NCBI GenBank assembly: GCA_016748015.1
Contig: JAAOMT010000003.1
Location: 252,373 to 316,372 of the forward strand
Direction of reading: 5' to 3'
DNA: 64,000 nt
Source: Geosiphon pyriformis uo1
Taxonomy: Eukaryota; Fungi; Glomeromycota
Below, piece after piece: positions 45,401-58,900 of the stretch. Position 1 is the first letter of the stretch; the number at the start of each line of letters is the position of its first letter. Under the pieces are notes generated by a model. The model was not told the origin of the DNA and ran no database searches. It was given only the letters and a program-made list of their open reading frames with translations. The position numbers and the translations under genes were made by a program.

Positions 45401-48400
45401 TTGAAAAATTTAATTTAATGTATAATTATTATTAGAAAACCTTTCAAGTCTTTCACATGATAGGACAGATTTGAGCTCATTGTTGAACCAAATTTCCAAA
45501 ATTCTTGAAGATGAATTAAATAAACAAAGAAATAGTCGTAGACAATGGAGTCTTGGAACAGTGGCTGAGGGGTTGTGAGTTGATTTCTATTTAAAATTGA
45601 TTTTCTATTTACCATTTTTGTTTAAATATATAATTTTCTCTTTCACTAAACTATCAAACTTCAGGTAATTTTAGAAAAATAACTTAATATGATTTGAATG
45701 TTTATAGCTTGTATTCATTCGACAAAAATCGTTTAATATTTTAAAAAAGATATTACCGGTTTTGGTCTCAGCGCTTTAGGTGTTGACACCATGGTTGATT
45801 CCGAATATATGCCCCAAGACCTTCAAACAACCATCGGTCCTCAATGAGATGGAAGAATATATAGAGCATAATTTGATGGCTACTAATTCCAACCTTAAAA
45901 TTAGAGAGATTAGTTTGATTGGATCATTTAAAGTTTTCCAAAAAAAGTGAAGGAAACGCGACAATCTCTTAAGAGTGGCATTTTTTTCCATACGCCCCGC
46001 CTTACCTAATTTCCCAAAGAGAAGCAGTTTTTTGAAAGAAGTTTTTTCGTTTTTGCATTATTTCTTTAACAATTTCACAAGACAATACAAATTCCTTTGT
46101 TCTGGAATTGACAGCCATTAATAGTAATATGGTGAAAATGAAGTCAGCTAGAGAGTCTGTTTCTGGTCAGTAGTAGTTTTATTCAGAAATTGAAAAAAGT
46201 TGACAAGAAGTAAAAACCTTTGGTGATAAGGTGGATCTTTTTTTTGGTGAGTTGGTGTTTTTGGGTAAGCTATTAGGTGTTGAGTAAATATGTAGACATG
46301 AAAACTAATACGAAGTATGTGTTAAGAGTACTTTTGGTAATGATAGTAAAAGTAAAGCATCCTTGGACTTTCAGACTAATATTTTCAAAGTAAAGAAAAT
46401 TAATACTGGCAAAATAATGGCTCTTCTATTAGGTATTATTGATTATAATACTAAAAATAAGAAAATGTTTTTTCCATTTTTCCATTCCATTGTTTTGGAA
46501 TTTATATTTATTTTTAAAAAAAGTTTAAATAAAGCTAGAATTTTGGCTGTTAATAAAAAAATCTTGGTAAATTGTAATCTTAAAAAACAAGAAGTATATT
46601 TAAATTAGATTGTAATTATTAAAAAAAATTTATAGATGTTTCCAAAAAAGTAATTGTCTTAAATTTAATAAGATAATATTAATCTAATTATAATTAATTA
46701 AATTATAACAAAAAATTATAATAGAATTTGCCAAATTAAGTTAAACTAATCTGTTAATTTAAATAATCTTTTTTTTAATTGGCAAGAATTTAATACATAT
46801 AATTAAGATTAATAAAAACCATATAACTTAAAAACAAAAAACAGATTTAAAATTATGTTGTTTATTTTGTTTATAAATATTACTATATATAATCTTGAAA
46901 TCTTTTTAGACAAAATTAATAAAAAAATATGTATTATTAATTTACATTTTTATTATTAACAATAAAGTAAAATATGTTATTGTTTATTTTAAATTAAAAA
47001 AAATTTAAATAAAACTTATTAAGTGTGTGCAAATATAGACTGAATTCTTATTCTGTTTCCAAGAGTAGTCATGCTGAATCTCAGGCTGGGCTTTCTTCTT
47101 TTTTTGCTACTGGTGCCTTTGTCAATGATACAATTTGGATTGGTAGCAATCAGAGTACTACTTAGCATATTCTTAATATTGCAAGTGATTTCTTTCAAAT
47201 TAATGACAAAACAGTAGCTATTTCTATTAATAGCAAAGTTAGCACTTCTTTTTTTTCCATTAGTGATACATCTATCTCTATTGCTAAAAAGTGTGAATTT
47301 TATTGATACCTGGATATTTTTCTTTCAACTAAAGATCTTTTGAAGCCTAGTTTGGCTAAGACACATTCGGACATTTGCTTCTTCATCAATTTGGTTCTAA
47401 GAAAAGTAGTTTTAGATAAGCAGTTTTCATATTTGGTGTTAGCAGTACTTTATTTTATAGTAAGTTATAGAACACAGTTTAGTTTTGTTTCAGTTGGTGT
47501 GTGCAACAAGTGAGATGCTTTAATTCATAAGGAGCTGAAGATCAAGTCTGGCCTGCCTTTTGACTTTTCAAATGACACAATTTACCACTCCTCTTTTTAT
47601 GGTTTGAAATTTTTTGTGCAAATTCAATCTGAAAATAAGATTGCTTCTCTTGTTAGCTTTGTAAACTCTGGTAAAATTCTGGGTTATTTGTTTTCTCATA
47701 GATCTCATGATTTGCAAGTTTTTTGTTGGCATCCTGTTCATTCTTTGTGCTTTCCAGTTCGTATTCATGTTAGTGCTTCTAATAATTTCTTGGTGAACAT
47801 AGTTCGTGTTCTTTGTAATTGCAGTTTTTTATTGGTGGCTCTCTGGCCAATCCTTTTCATAGTTGTGGTGGGGTTCTCATGTCTGTTGCCCTTGGTGAGT
47901 CAATGTTTTCAAGTTTTTTCCTTTTCTTCAATAATATAATATTGTATTTGTGGATCAACTTTGTAATTGTCATGGTGCTGTCTTTAATTGGTACATATTT
48001 AAGCAGTAGAAAAGACTGGACCCCTGTGGGCCTGTTCCTGAGTGGTTCAAACTCTTCACTGTATTTCTCAATAATGCGGATTTGTTTTCACCTTTTCTCT
48101 TAGTGTCAAATAGTGTTGATCCACTGAATGTTCTTGGCTCTAATAGTTTTATGTCTGTTTGTAATTATCTGTTTCGGGTTGGTACTGGTAGTTTATCTGT
48201 ATATATGGATGGGTCTTTAAGGGGTTTGGGCACAGTTGGCTGTAGGACTGGTGCTGCTGTTTTTTTTGAAAACATAGATTCAGGTCTAAGTGTAAAAGTA
48301 TCAGATTTGATGTCATCTACTTTGGCTGAAATATAAGCTATTGCATTAACTCTAAAGTGTGTTTCCATGGCTAAATCTATTTGCTTGTTTTCAGATAGTC

Positions 48401-49198
48401 AATTTGCTTTGGATGCTTACAAGTCAAAATTGGTCTTGACATGTCCCGATTTTTATAATCAATGTTGGATCAAGCATCACCATATAGTTAATCTTATTTG
48501 CAGTAAAAATTTGAGTGTTAGTTAGCACAAAATGAAAGGTCATTCTGGCTTCTTAGAGAATGACTGTACTGATTCAGTCACTGGTGACATTTCTATTTCT
48601 GATTGATTTCTTTCATCTTATCTGAGTGAACATTTTTTGGTGGCTGATAGCAGTATTATTTCTGGCAATTCCAGATATTTTGTTCATAATATTTATTGTT
48701 CTGTTTGTCATGTGCATTGGGAGGTTAGTTCTGGCTCAAGTTTCTGTCTTGTGATTTGTTTTCTGAGATTGATTGGCACCAGTTTTCATTGGTATGGCAT
48801 CTTAATTTGCATATGGCTGCTGGTTATACCAGTAAGACATTGGTTAATGCTCATACTTATTTTATGAAAGCTTTATATTGTCAAAATATGAAAAGAGTTA
48901 ATTCACATAATTAGGCATAAATCATTTCTTAATTTTAAGTACTTAAAGGAAACATACCTCAATATTTTTCGGAATTCTAACCAATATTTTAATTCGAGAT
49001 TTGTTTTTTATATCCACAATAGTGGTTAATCTAAGAATTCGGATAATTGTCATAAAATTTTAGAATCGTAAAATTACCATTCAATTGTCAGTGGTCATTT
49101 AAAAGCGCCTTTATGATAAATGTTGTTACTCATAGAATATAGGAAGTATATTATTATTAGCAAGTAGATATTAGCCAATCAGAAGTAGATGTAGTAAA

Positions 49199-49350
49199 TA
49201 TGGAATTCCAGGATTTTTTTCAGAGGAATTGTAGAATTCCAGGAATTTCAGGATTCTCTGGCGAAGAATTGCAGGATTCCAAAATTCCAGGATTCCTCTC
49301 ATCAGGAATTGCAGGATTCCTGTCACAAGGAATTGAAAAATTGAGGAATC
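49199..49350. repeat. Degenerate GGAATT(C/G)CAGGATT array
   Basis: About ten related 9-21 bp units visible. Confidence 0.8.
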
Positions 49351-49643
49351 TCAAATATGTATATATAGCAGTAGTGTTAAAAACAGAAAAAGAGAAAATT
49401 GACACCAAGAATTCTTAGCTTAGTTACCACAATCCTCAAATAAATAATTATTTATTATATCAAATTCATTCTTCATTATCAACACTTCATGTTGATAGTA
49501 ACTGATACTTAACCATACTGGAACAATAGCTCTTGATCATGGCTATTGATGGGATACTAACTTGCAAATTGTCTTGGCTTATTTTTTATTTTCTCTTTTA
49601 TCTTTTTTTTATTTTCTTTGTTGTCTACTAACTTGATTAAAAG

Positions 49644-49811
49644 ATTTACTCCTAGAGGACTTACGGAGAAATAAAACTTATTTAAACAATACTTACTTTT
49701 GGAGGACTTATGAAGGAATAAAACTTACTTAAATAATACTTACTCTTGGAGAACTTATGGAGAAATAAACTTGCTTAAACAATACTTACTCTTGGAGGAC
49801 TTACAGAGAAA
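49644..49811. repeat. 47-bp tandem repeat, ~3.6 copies
   Basis: Unit ACTTACTCTTGGAGGACTTATGGAGAAATAAAACTTACTTAAACAAT, no spacers. Confidence 0.9.
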
Positions 49812-51979
49812 CTGACATCAGAAAACAGCACTGGTATATACTTATGGAGGATATCGTACCAGGAGAATTATCAACCATCAAGCTGAGCAAGCAATTAATA
49901 AAACTATGGTTTCAAGAAACTACTAATAAACTGTTACCATTGAATCTCTGTTTATTATACAAAGAACTCAATTGGAAAACCTTCAGATAAAATACCTTCA
50001 GATTATCATCATCACCAATCACTTTGAGCACCAAGTTACGGGTTTATTATTCACTCAATACCCCAAAGAATTACCTGTAACAATGTTATCCCAGTGTGCT
50101 GTGTTTGTACTGTGACAAGATAGAAGTATTAGATCATGTGTTTTCCTGTAAAGTTAACAAATCTACTTGGCATCAAATTCTGGAATCCCATGTGAATTCT
50201 TGGAAGTTACTTTTAGGCCTTTTCTATTTTTCTTCAGATGTGTTCTAGTCATTGTTGATCTGTAATTCTGATTCTTTTTTGGTAATGGTTCTTTTTAAGT
50301 ATTGTGTTTTTGACAGTTGGTTTTGTGAGGTTATTTCTATTTTCTGAGATTCCAAGATTGCTTGTTGTGAAGTTGTTAAGTTTGTGTACTCCCTCAGTCT
50401 TGAGTTTAGGGATAATGTCTGGTTGGTTTGTGTTAGATATTATGCATATATGGAAAAGAATGGCTTGATTTTTTGTAATAGTTCAGTTCTTATTTCAGTC
50501 TCTGGTTTGGCTTTGAGATTTTTTTCTGGTACAGTTAAGATGTTTGGCATAGCTGAGGCTTTTGGTGTGCATTTTGGATTTTGCAAATCTTGTTTGTTTT
50601 TCTCTGAAATAGGTGATTTGGTTTTGGTTTATATAGCTGCATAGTGTTGTTCTGATCAGCCTGAGTGGCTGGTCGCATGTAAAAAAAGCATAGTATAGGT
50701 CATTTCTTTAATGTATGAAACTAGACTGTGTTTAGATCTTACTCATTAAATAATAATAATAATAATAAAAAAAACTTATTATACAATTTTTGTTTTTGGT
50801 AAAATTAATTTATTATGAATTAAATTAAATTTGGTTTATTATAAAAAATGTGAATATTTTAGATGTTTTAAGTTAAATACAACTTTTTTAAGATTAATTC
50901 AAAAAAATTTTATAAATATATGTTTTTAAAGATTAATTAATTTTATTGTATTAACTTTTATGTTAAAAAAATTGTTTTTATTTTATATTAATTGTTTTTA
51001 ATAAAAAATTATAAACTTAAATAGTTTTTTTGATAATATTTTTAATTATAATTTTTATATAAACTTGATTTTATTTGATGTTATTTTTAATTTTGTTTTT
51101 TTATCAATAATATTAAAATTAAATATGTTAAAATATAGTTTAAAACTTTTTTTAAATTAGATTTTAATAATATTTTTTAAGTTATATACTTTGTTTTTAT
51201 CTGTTTTTTTGATATTAAAATATAGCTTAATATATTTGTAATAATTTGTTACAAAAAAAATTTGTAACAATCTCAAAAAAGCACATGATTTAATATTATA
51301 ATACATAACTTTATTTGTTTTGTCGATCAGTTTTAAATTATGTAATATTAATTATTTTTATTAGTTAAAAATAAATTACATATATCATATTATATGGTTT
51401 TTAAATTTGATATATATTATTTATATATTGTAATATAAAAACAAATCAAAATTTTTGGTGTAACTGCTTTTATTTTTACATAACAAAAAGTTTTTTTTGT
51501 TTTAAACAATACTTAAATTATAAGAAAAACTTGTATATTATAAATATAAGCATAAAAATTTGTGTATTAAATATAAACTATAGATTTTAAAGTGTTAAAA
51601 ACAACAAATTATGTAAAGTCTAACTTTTTAAATTATTTTAGATAACATTTATTTAAATATATTAATTAGTACTGTAGTTAATAGTATATTAACAATTTTA
51701 AATATAACATTCTATATATTATGAATTATATTAAGATTAATATTTTAATGTAAATACAGGCCAAAAAAAAATAACCAGTTTGCTTTTAAAAAAAGATATG
51801 TATATATGTCTAATAAAAAACCATGTATTAAAAGACTAAAGTTATTTTTATCCTAATTTAAAACCTATTTTTAATGTAAAGCTGACTAATTAATTTCAAA
51901 ATCATGTTAGTGAAGACCTATCCCAATTAAATAACCAAGTATTTATAAATAAAGATAAAATTTTTGGTTATAAATTCAG

Positions 51980-54380
51980 TTATATTAAGTGTTAAATTTT
52001 TTTACATTTATTTAAATATAAGACTTTGTATTGGTTATGTTTTAAAATATAAGAAGATATTGATATAATTATAAAAACTTATAATAAACAACAAAAATTT
52101 AGAGTTATTCAAAAGAAATTAGAATAATATCCAAACAACAGCATTAAACATTACACTTTTGAATATAAATTTGGCAGCCAATATAAACCAAAAAAAAATT
52201 AATGTTTAAAATTATCAGAACACCAAATTAAAATATTAAGAATATAGTTGACATGTTAATATCAACTGTACCAAAAACTTATGCAAAATAATTTTTATCA
52301 TTCTTAACAATATATACAATTATTTATTATATTCTAACACTAGAAAATATGATTTGATGTATCAAAAAATTTCAGATGAAAATCTTCAAAAGATTTAATT
52401 TTTTATAAAATGTACAAATCTATTAATTACAACTCAAAAGAAATTATTAAAAGTAAAATTTTTAATAGTATTTATTCTCGATTATGACTTTACAAATACA
52501 ATACAAAAATTTAAAGTTTATGATAATAAAAAGCACAATATATCCTACTTGTTGACAACTTTTATAAATTACAAATCAAATGATTTTAAATGGGTTATAA
52601 AATTTGAAATTAATGAAAATTGGCTTATTCATATATTTTGGATGTCTTTTAAACAAGTTTTTTTTTGGTTAATATATCATAATATTGTTCTAAATAATAA
52701 TACAGTAAAAACCAACTGCTATCAGATGTCACTTTCTCTCTTTCTTATTGTAGACAATAACACAAAATTTTATTTTGTTATATAAGTTTTTATATTAAAT
52801 AAAACTGCTAATTGTATAAATGAATTTTAGAATACATAAAAAAAGCAACAATAACAAAACTATTAGTGTTTATTACTAATATTAATTTTGCAACAGATAT
52901 AGCAGTTGCTTAAGTATATAAAACAACTTATTAAATTTATTATATTTTTTACATTAATAAAAACTTATTAAAAAATCTTAAGTTAAAACTTTACAATCAA
53001 TATAAAAGCTTTGTTTACATTTTTTTTTATGTTACAATAGTTTATATAAAGAAAATTTCTATAAACAATAGTTACAACTTACAAAAACATGTGTTAATAC
53101 CAAAGATTATCTAATAAAAGCTCTTTATTCTAACTAATAAGCATAGATCTATGTATTTATATCAAAAATATTTACTGCAAGAATTTAAATTATCTTTTAT
53201 ATTAAATGTCTTAACAATATTATTAAATGCATGCTTTCAGCAAATAGCAATTTGTGTAATTTTGCTAGTATATTAAATACAAAACTTGAAAATAAGACAG
53301 AATAAAATTGTTTTTTTGAATATTGTATACTCTTATTTTATATGAAATTTATGTCAATTGGTCATGATCTCTTTCTTAAGATCAATAAATAAATAACTCA
53401 ATATTTTACATTTCATATCTTATTTATGAAACATTTAGAAATAGTACAATATCTATATTTTATAATAAGTTAATTATCATTAAATATTAATACTTATAAT
53501 AAGATAAGAAAATTTATTTCTTAGTGTACTTTTTTAAGTTATTTATCTAACAACATTTTAATATTTAAGATTTTAGTCCTAATATAATAGATAATTTTAT
53601 TAAGAATCTGTATGATATAAAACAAATTTTATTGAAATCAATAGTTATTGAAATCAATAAAAAAAATATCAAAGAAGTATAGAAGATTACAAACCTATAA
53701 TCAGAAAACAACAAGTATTTATATTTTATTATAATTGTTAATTCTGTTTTTTATCTTTATTTATGCTTGTCTAATATATTTTGTAATATTGTTTGTTGCC
53801 ATTATTTTCAAGTAATACTATATTCAAAAATTATAAAGTTTTACATTTAAATGATATCTTTACAATAATATATTAATAAAAAAAGAGACAATAATTTAAT
53901 TATTGAAGCTTTTTGCTTCACAAATTAAAAGACTATAAAAGATTTTTTTGATAAAATAATAATCCCAAATTTTTTAATTATACCTAAGATTATTACCAAT
54001 GTTTTATACCTTGTAGTATAGAAGAAACAAAAATATAGTAAAGTGTAGAAACTTATATAACAGATTGCTTAGCTTACTATTGAATATAATAATTATAGTG
54101 AGATAATAATATAATTAAAACAATTTATTGGCCAACATAAAAAAGTAGTATTTACATTTTAAAATCAAGACCAAATCTTAAAAAACAATCAAATTGATAA
54201 TGCTAATAAAAAAAATAAGCTTAAACAATTAAAAATTTATTAGTATTATAACATAAAAAATACCCAAAAACCAAATATTATAAATCTGCTACTGAAAAAA
54301 AAGAAAAACCATATACAAAATACACTTGTATTAAATATAATTTTTTAGAACACAATAATACAAGATATCAAAATTAGGTA
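51980..54380 (+). pseudogene. Mutator-like (MULE/FAR1-type) transposase relic, heavily AT-eroded
   Basis: IFWMS..YHNIVLNNNTVKTNCYQMSLSLFLIVDNN is the first catalytic-Asp block (D.T.KTN.Y..PL). A SWIM-like remnant lies at ~53760-53815 and a terminal knuckle remnant at ~54320. Boundaries are approximate. Confidence 0.8.
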
Positions 54381-55904
54381 AGATTTAGTCAATTATTTGT
54401 TTATTTTTTACTTTGCAATAACTAAATATTATATTTATTTTTAGTAAAATTAATAATTTAACTTTAATTTGTTCAATAAAAATAAATAATACACATTATT
54501 ATTATATATTATTTTTTTAAAATTTAATAAAATTTTAAATCTTAATTAAAGTTATTTTCGAAGTAGTTTTATATAACAGATTGTTATAACTAGATTTATC
54601 TAAAAATTTAAATATATTTAAAAAATTTTATAATTAAGTTTTTTTGATAAAAAACAAAATTTTAAGTTTTAATAATTGGTAATATTTTGTATTTACTTTT
54701 TCAACATAATAATTAGTTTATTTTGGTGTTTTTTATCTTCTTAGTAAGTTATTTAATTATTAATAAATTAATTTTATACTTAATTTTATATTTTTTATAT
54801 TAATATTTATAATATTATAAATTTGGTATTTATTTTTTTTAATTTAATAGTTTAATAAAAAAAACAATTAAATAATTAAAAAATAAAATAAACAAAAAAT
54901 AAAAATTATTCTTTTATTAATAATTATAATCAAAAATTGATTTAATATATTAAAGTCTTTAAATGTATGTTTTTAATATTTATTGTTTTATTAAATAAAT
55001 ATAAACAGTAATTTATTTGTTAGAAAATTTTTTATTAATAAATTTATTATAAATAATTAATTTAATTAAAATATAAGTAATAATAAAAAAACTGTTTTAA
55101 TTATTAAATTTTGAAATACTTTTTTTTTATTGTTATTATATATATATAGCTTTTATAATATTAGATATTTTAATATTTTTAACTATTTTTATATTTTTTA
55201 AGTTATTATTAATATTTATAATATTTTTAAAATTTTTGGTATTTTTATTAATATTTTTAGAATTTTTAAAACTTTTAGTATTTTTAAAATCTTTTTAAGT
55301 ATTTTTAAAATTTTGGATATTATGTTATTATTTTCAAAAAATGGTAAAAATAATAAATTAACCAATAATAAATTAGAAATAATCAAATAATATAATATTA
55401 AAAATTTTAAAAATACCAAAATTCTAAGAATATTAATAATAATTCAAAAAATATATATAAATAAAATATTTAATATTATAAGAGTTATATATATATAGTA
55501 ATAATATTAAAAAACCATTTATTTTATATAATTAAATCAATTTTTTTTAATTATTTACATTTATTATTTATAATAAAACTTATTTACTAAATTTTTGAAT
55601 TTATAAATTATTATTTATATTATTAAAATACTTATTTTTATTTTGCTTATTAAAACAACAATAATTTTTAATTATAATTATTAACAAAATATTAATTTTC
55701 TAATTTTATTTTATTTTATTTTTTGTTTGTTATTTAATTTATATTAAATTAATTAATTAAAAAATAAGTATTAAGATTATAATATTATAAATATTCTAAT
55801 AAAAAATCCAAAAATAAGCATAAATTTAATTTATTAATAGTTAAATAGTTGACTAAAAAGATAAAAACCATTAAAATAAATTAATTTATTTTTTATTTAA
55901 CACA

Positions 55905-58900
55905 TTTAATGAGTATAGCCCAATTACTATCTAGTACATAAAGCCAAACTAAGAGGCTCAAACTAAATGTGACTCATGCACTTTCTACATGTGGCTAGCC
56001 ACTCAGGCCAGACAAGGCAATACTACACATCTATAATAACCTGCACACTGCCACCTAGACCAGAAAAGAAACAATAAGACTTCTGATGACCAAAGCTAAC
56101 AGCAAAAGAATTGGCCACACCAAGCAATCTTACAACACCATTAGACAAAACTGAAGACACACCACGAGAGAGCCCAGAAACAACACCACCATCACAAATC
56201 AGACTAGTCTTTTCCATCACCACCTGGTGGCTGGCCCTAGCCAACCATACTTTAGCATGATGTAACTTAACCACGAACCTGACATAATCAACAATCTGAG
56301 TAGCTGCCACCTTCCTATTCTCAAAAATACTGTAAGCTTCTTCATACCACTCTCCCAGCACAAACCCTTTGCAAACCAAAGTGTACAACCCAACATCAAA
56401 GAAACATTGAGACAAAACTTGCAACATGGCAGAAACAAGGGAACTGTCAGCCAAAGCTAACTAATGGGCAAAAGCCTCAGCCAAAATTTCACCATGAACA
56501 CCAGACTCATGAACACAAGTAAAAACGTGGTCAGAGAACTCCATCCCACCGCAAAACAAACATAATACACTAGGGTAGTGCTTATCATACAATCTTTTTC
56601 TTATCACCACCAGCAATCTTCTGTGTACAGCCTTTATAATATAAGTACGAAGCATTGAGGATACCCAGCTAGTGAATCCAGTGAGCATATGAGAATCAGG
56701 ATGCCACACTTTTGCTGTGACAGCCCAGTCTATACAACCAATCATCACTTCCAGAACCACATTACAACCAGGCCCAGCTTCTCAATGAGCACAACAAACA
56801 GACCAAAAAATATTCTTGATAAAATGATGGGCATTACCAGAAACAGCAACACCCCCAGCAACCAAAAAATGTTCACACACATTGGCACAAAGGGAAAAGG
56901 GAGATCCAGAGACAGCCCTAGCAGCCAAGTCAGCTTCCACATTACTGAGAATTTCAGAGTGGTCTTTTACCTTAACTTAACTCACACTAAGATCCTTATT
57001 CCTGACCAAATTGAAAATATGATGCCTCTCCAGCCAGCATTGATTACGGAAATCAGGGGTGACCAAAGACATTTCAGACACACATGCGTCAATAGCAGCC
57101 TGGCTGTCAAGACATAACACCACAGTACTTGAAGAAGGAATACACTCCAAAGCCAAAGCGACAGCCTGCAATTCGGCTATAGTAGATGACAAAAAGCCAC
57201 TAACAGCGATACTAATGCTCTTATTCAAGACCGGAAAGTATGCAGCAGCACCACAGGTGATCTCAACAAAGTCTGCATTCCTCAAAGACCCATCCGTAAA
57301 AACTTCAAAAAAGCCTGACCAAATGTTATGCAATTCATCTTTTACTGCAGAAAATTCCCCAAACTCCAAAATGTCCAAACCAAGCTTTTCCACAGAGCCA
57401 ATAGAACCAGAAAATGAACAACCCTGATTCTTCAAAAACTCAGAAGAAACCAAGAACCAATGAGGCACAGAGCCATGCAGATCCAGTCTCTTCCAATAAC
57501 AAAAAGTTTTCCAATCCAACAAAACACTTTTTTTATCAAAAAGCCAATCACCAAAAGTAACACCAAAGTGTCTAAGAGATTTGACCAAGTCAAAATACAG
57601 AGACTTTCCAAGAATAAAAGACAATGGAAAATGACCAGGACTATGAAATACAGTGGAGAGATTGTTCACCAAAGAAAGCTCATTGCCCAACAAAATCTTT
57701 ACCATCCCAGCCAAAAAATTGTTTACTGGACTAACACACAACCTGACCAGAAACTGCAAAAGATCCAAAGGAGCCCAACCAAGAATCTGCAGATCCAAAA
57801 ACCTATGTCTAAACAAACACTGTTACGGGATGGTTTTCTTGTTATATTTAATTGCTGATATCCCGCTTTAATTGCAATCAGTCTTTCGTGAGTTCCTCAA
57901 TTCTATTTGTGTGATAATGTCACTGTTACACTGAAGGCTTTCTTTTTACTGTTGCGATGTAAGTTATTCTTTAATTCTTGATTGTTGTGTGTGTTTATGT
58001 ACTCCTTCTTAGAGGCTGAACTGAAATCTACCCACTGTCTGAGGTCTTCTCTGAGGCTATCCTTGCAATTGCCTGATGTGTTTCTCTAATCTAGAAACAC
58101 AGAATGTTAATGGTCTTTAGCGCTTTTCTAATTCTCACAATAAAGCTTTTATCAATTAGTAACAANNNNNNNNNNNNNNNNNNNNTGATAGTTCAGTTTT
58201 AAATATTCTTTTTCATTTCTTTTTGATTTTAAAGGTTTCTTGGGATATTTAATTTGAAAGTATGATTTAAAGTGGAGTTTGTTGGATAAAATTGGATCTA
58301 TTGCTTGATAAGTTATGATTTTTATTACTTGATTAATTCTTTCCCAATATTAAAACTACTGTATATATACATGTTTGTAGTTCTACGAGAAAATACTTTT
58401 TTTTTGATATTTCAACCTGGTGCTTGCTGTTATCACCAGTTGGTGTTGGCTGCTATTGTGAACTGGTGCTTGCCACTATCGCGAGATGGTGTTTGCTACT
58501 ATGTTAATCATTACCTTTCTAAGATTATTACTGTGCTATATTATGATTGAATAGTTTGTATTATTTTTATGATTCTTTTTGCTAAATTCTTAAACCGTAA
58601 CAACACCCAAGAATACCAAAGACATTAGAGAATATTATCAAAGCAGCAATCTTCCCTTCTGACTGCACCTGCTCAAAAGACTTCAGGCCATACAATAAAG
58701 AATAATGCAAAGCAGCATCAGAAAAATTACAGAGAAGACAAGCCTTAAACCTAAAACCCTTTCTAACCAAGACATCCTATTTGTGACAAACATTAGAAGA
58801 GACAAAACTGAACTGAATACGATAGCTAACAATAGGCTGCAAAACAGCCGACACCAGATAAGAGAACTGTTTGTCTGTAATAGCTTTCCTAAACACAACA

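Larger units (their letters stand above)
48883..50082. mobile_element. LTR family C fragment (left end deleted)
   Basis: Ends TGTAACA like LTR-A and LTR-B. It interrupts LINE-d between MKALY and CYPSV, with ~13 LINE codons missing. It contains CCAAT, TATA-like and tandem-repeat blocks. Confidence 0.7.
45981..50770 (+). mobile_element. LINE-d: internally deleted or chimeric LINE (5' UTR and partial ORF1, jump to mid-RT at ~47020, RNase H, 3' tail), interrupted by an LTR-like insert
   Basis: 5' UTR matches LINE-a. GAFVNDTIW, YMDGSL, STLAE, MKGHSG and YPSVLCLYC motifs. Tail hairpin at 50654-50674, then (TAA)n. Confidence 0.88.

Noticed and set aside
49644-49811. CRISPR-like array
   Set aside because: Contiguous tandem units without unique spacers, no cas genes, and a eukaryotic LTR context.
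50770-55900. Terminal inverted repeats of the MULE
   Set aside because: The flanks are too eroded and low in complexity to define.
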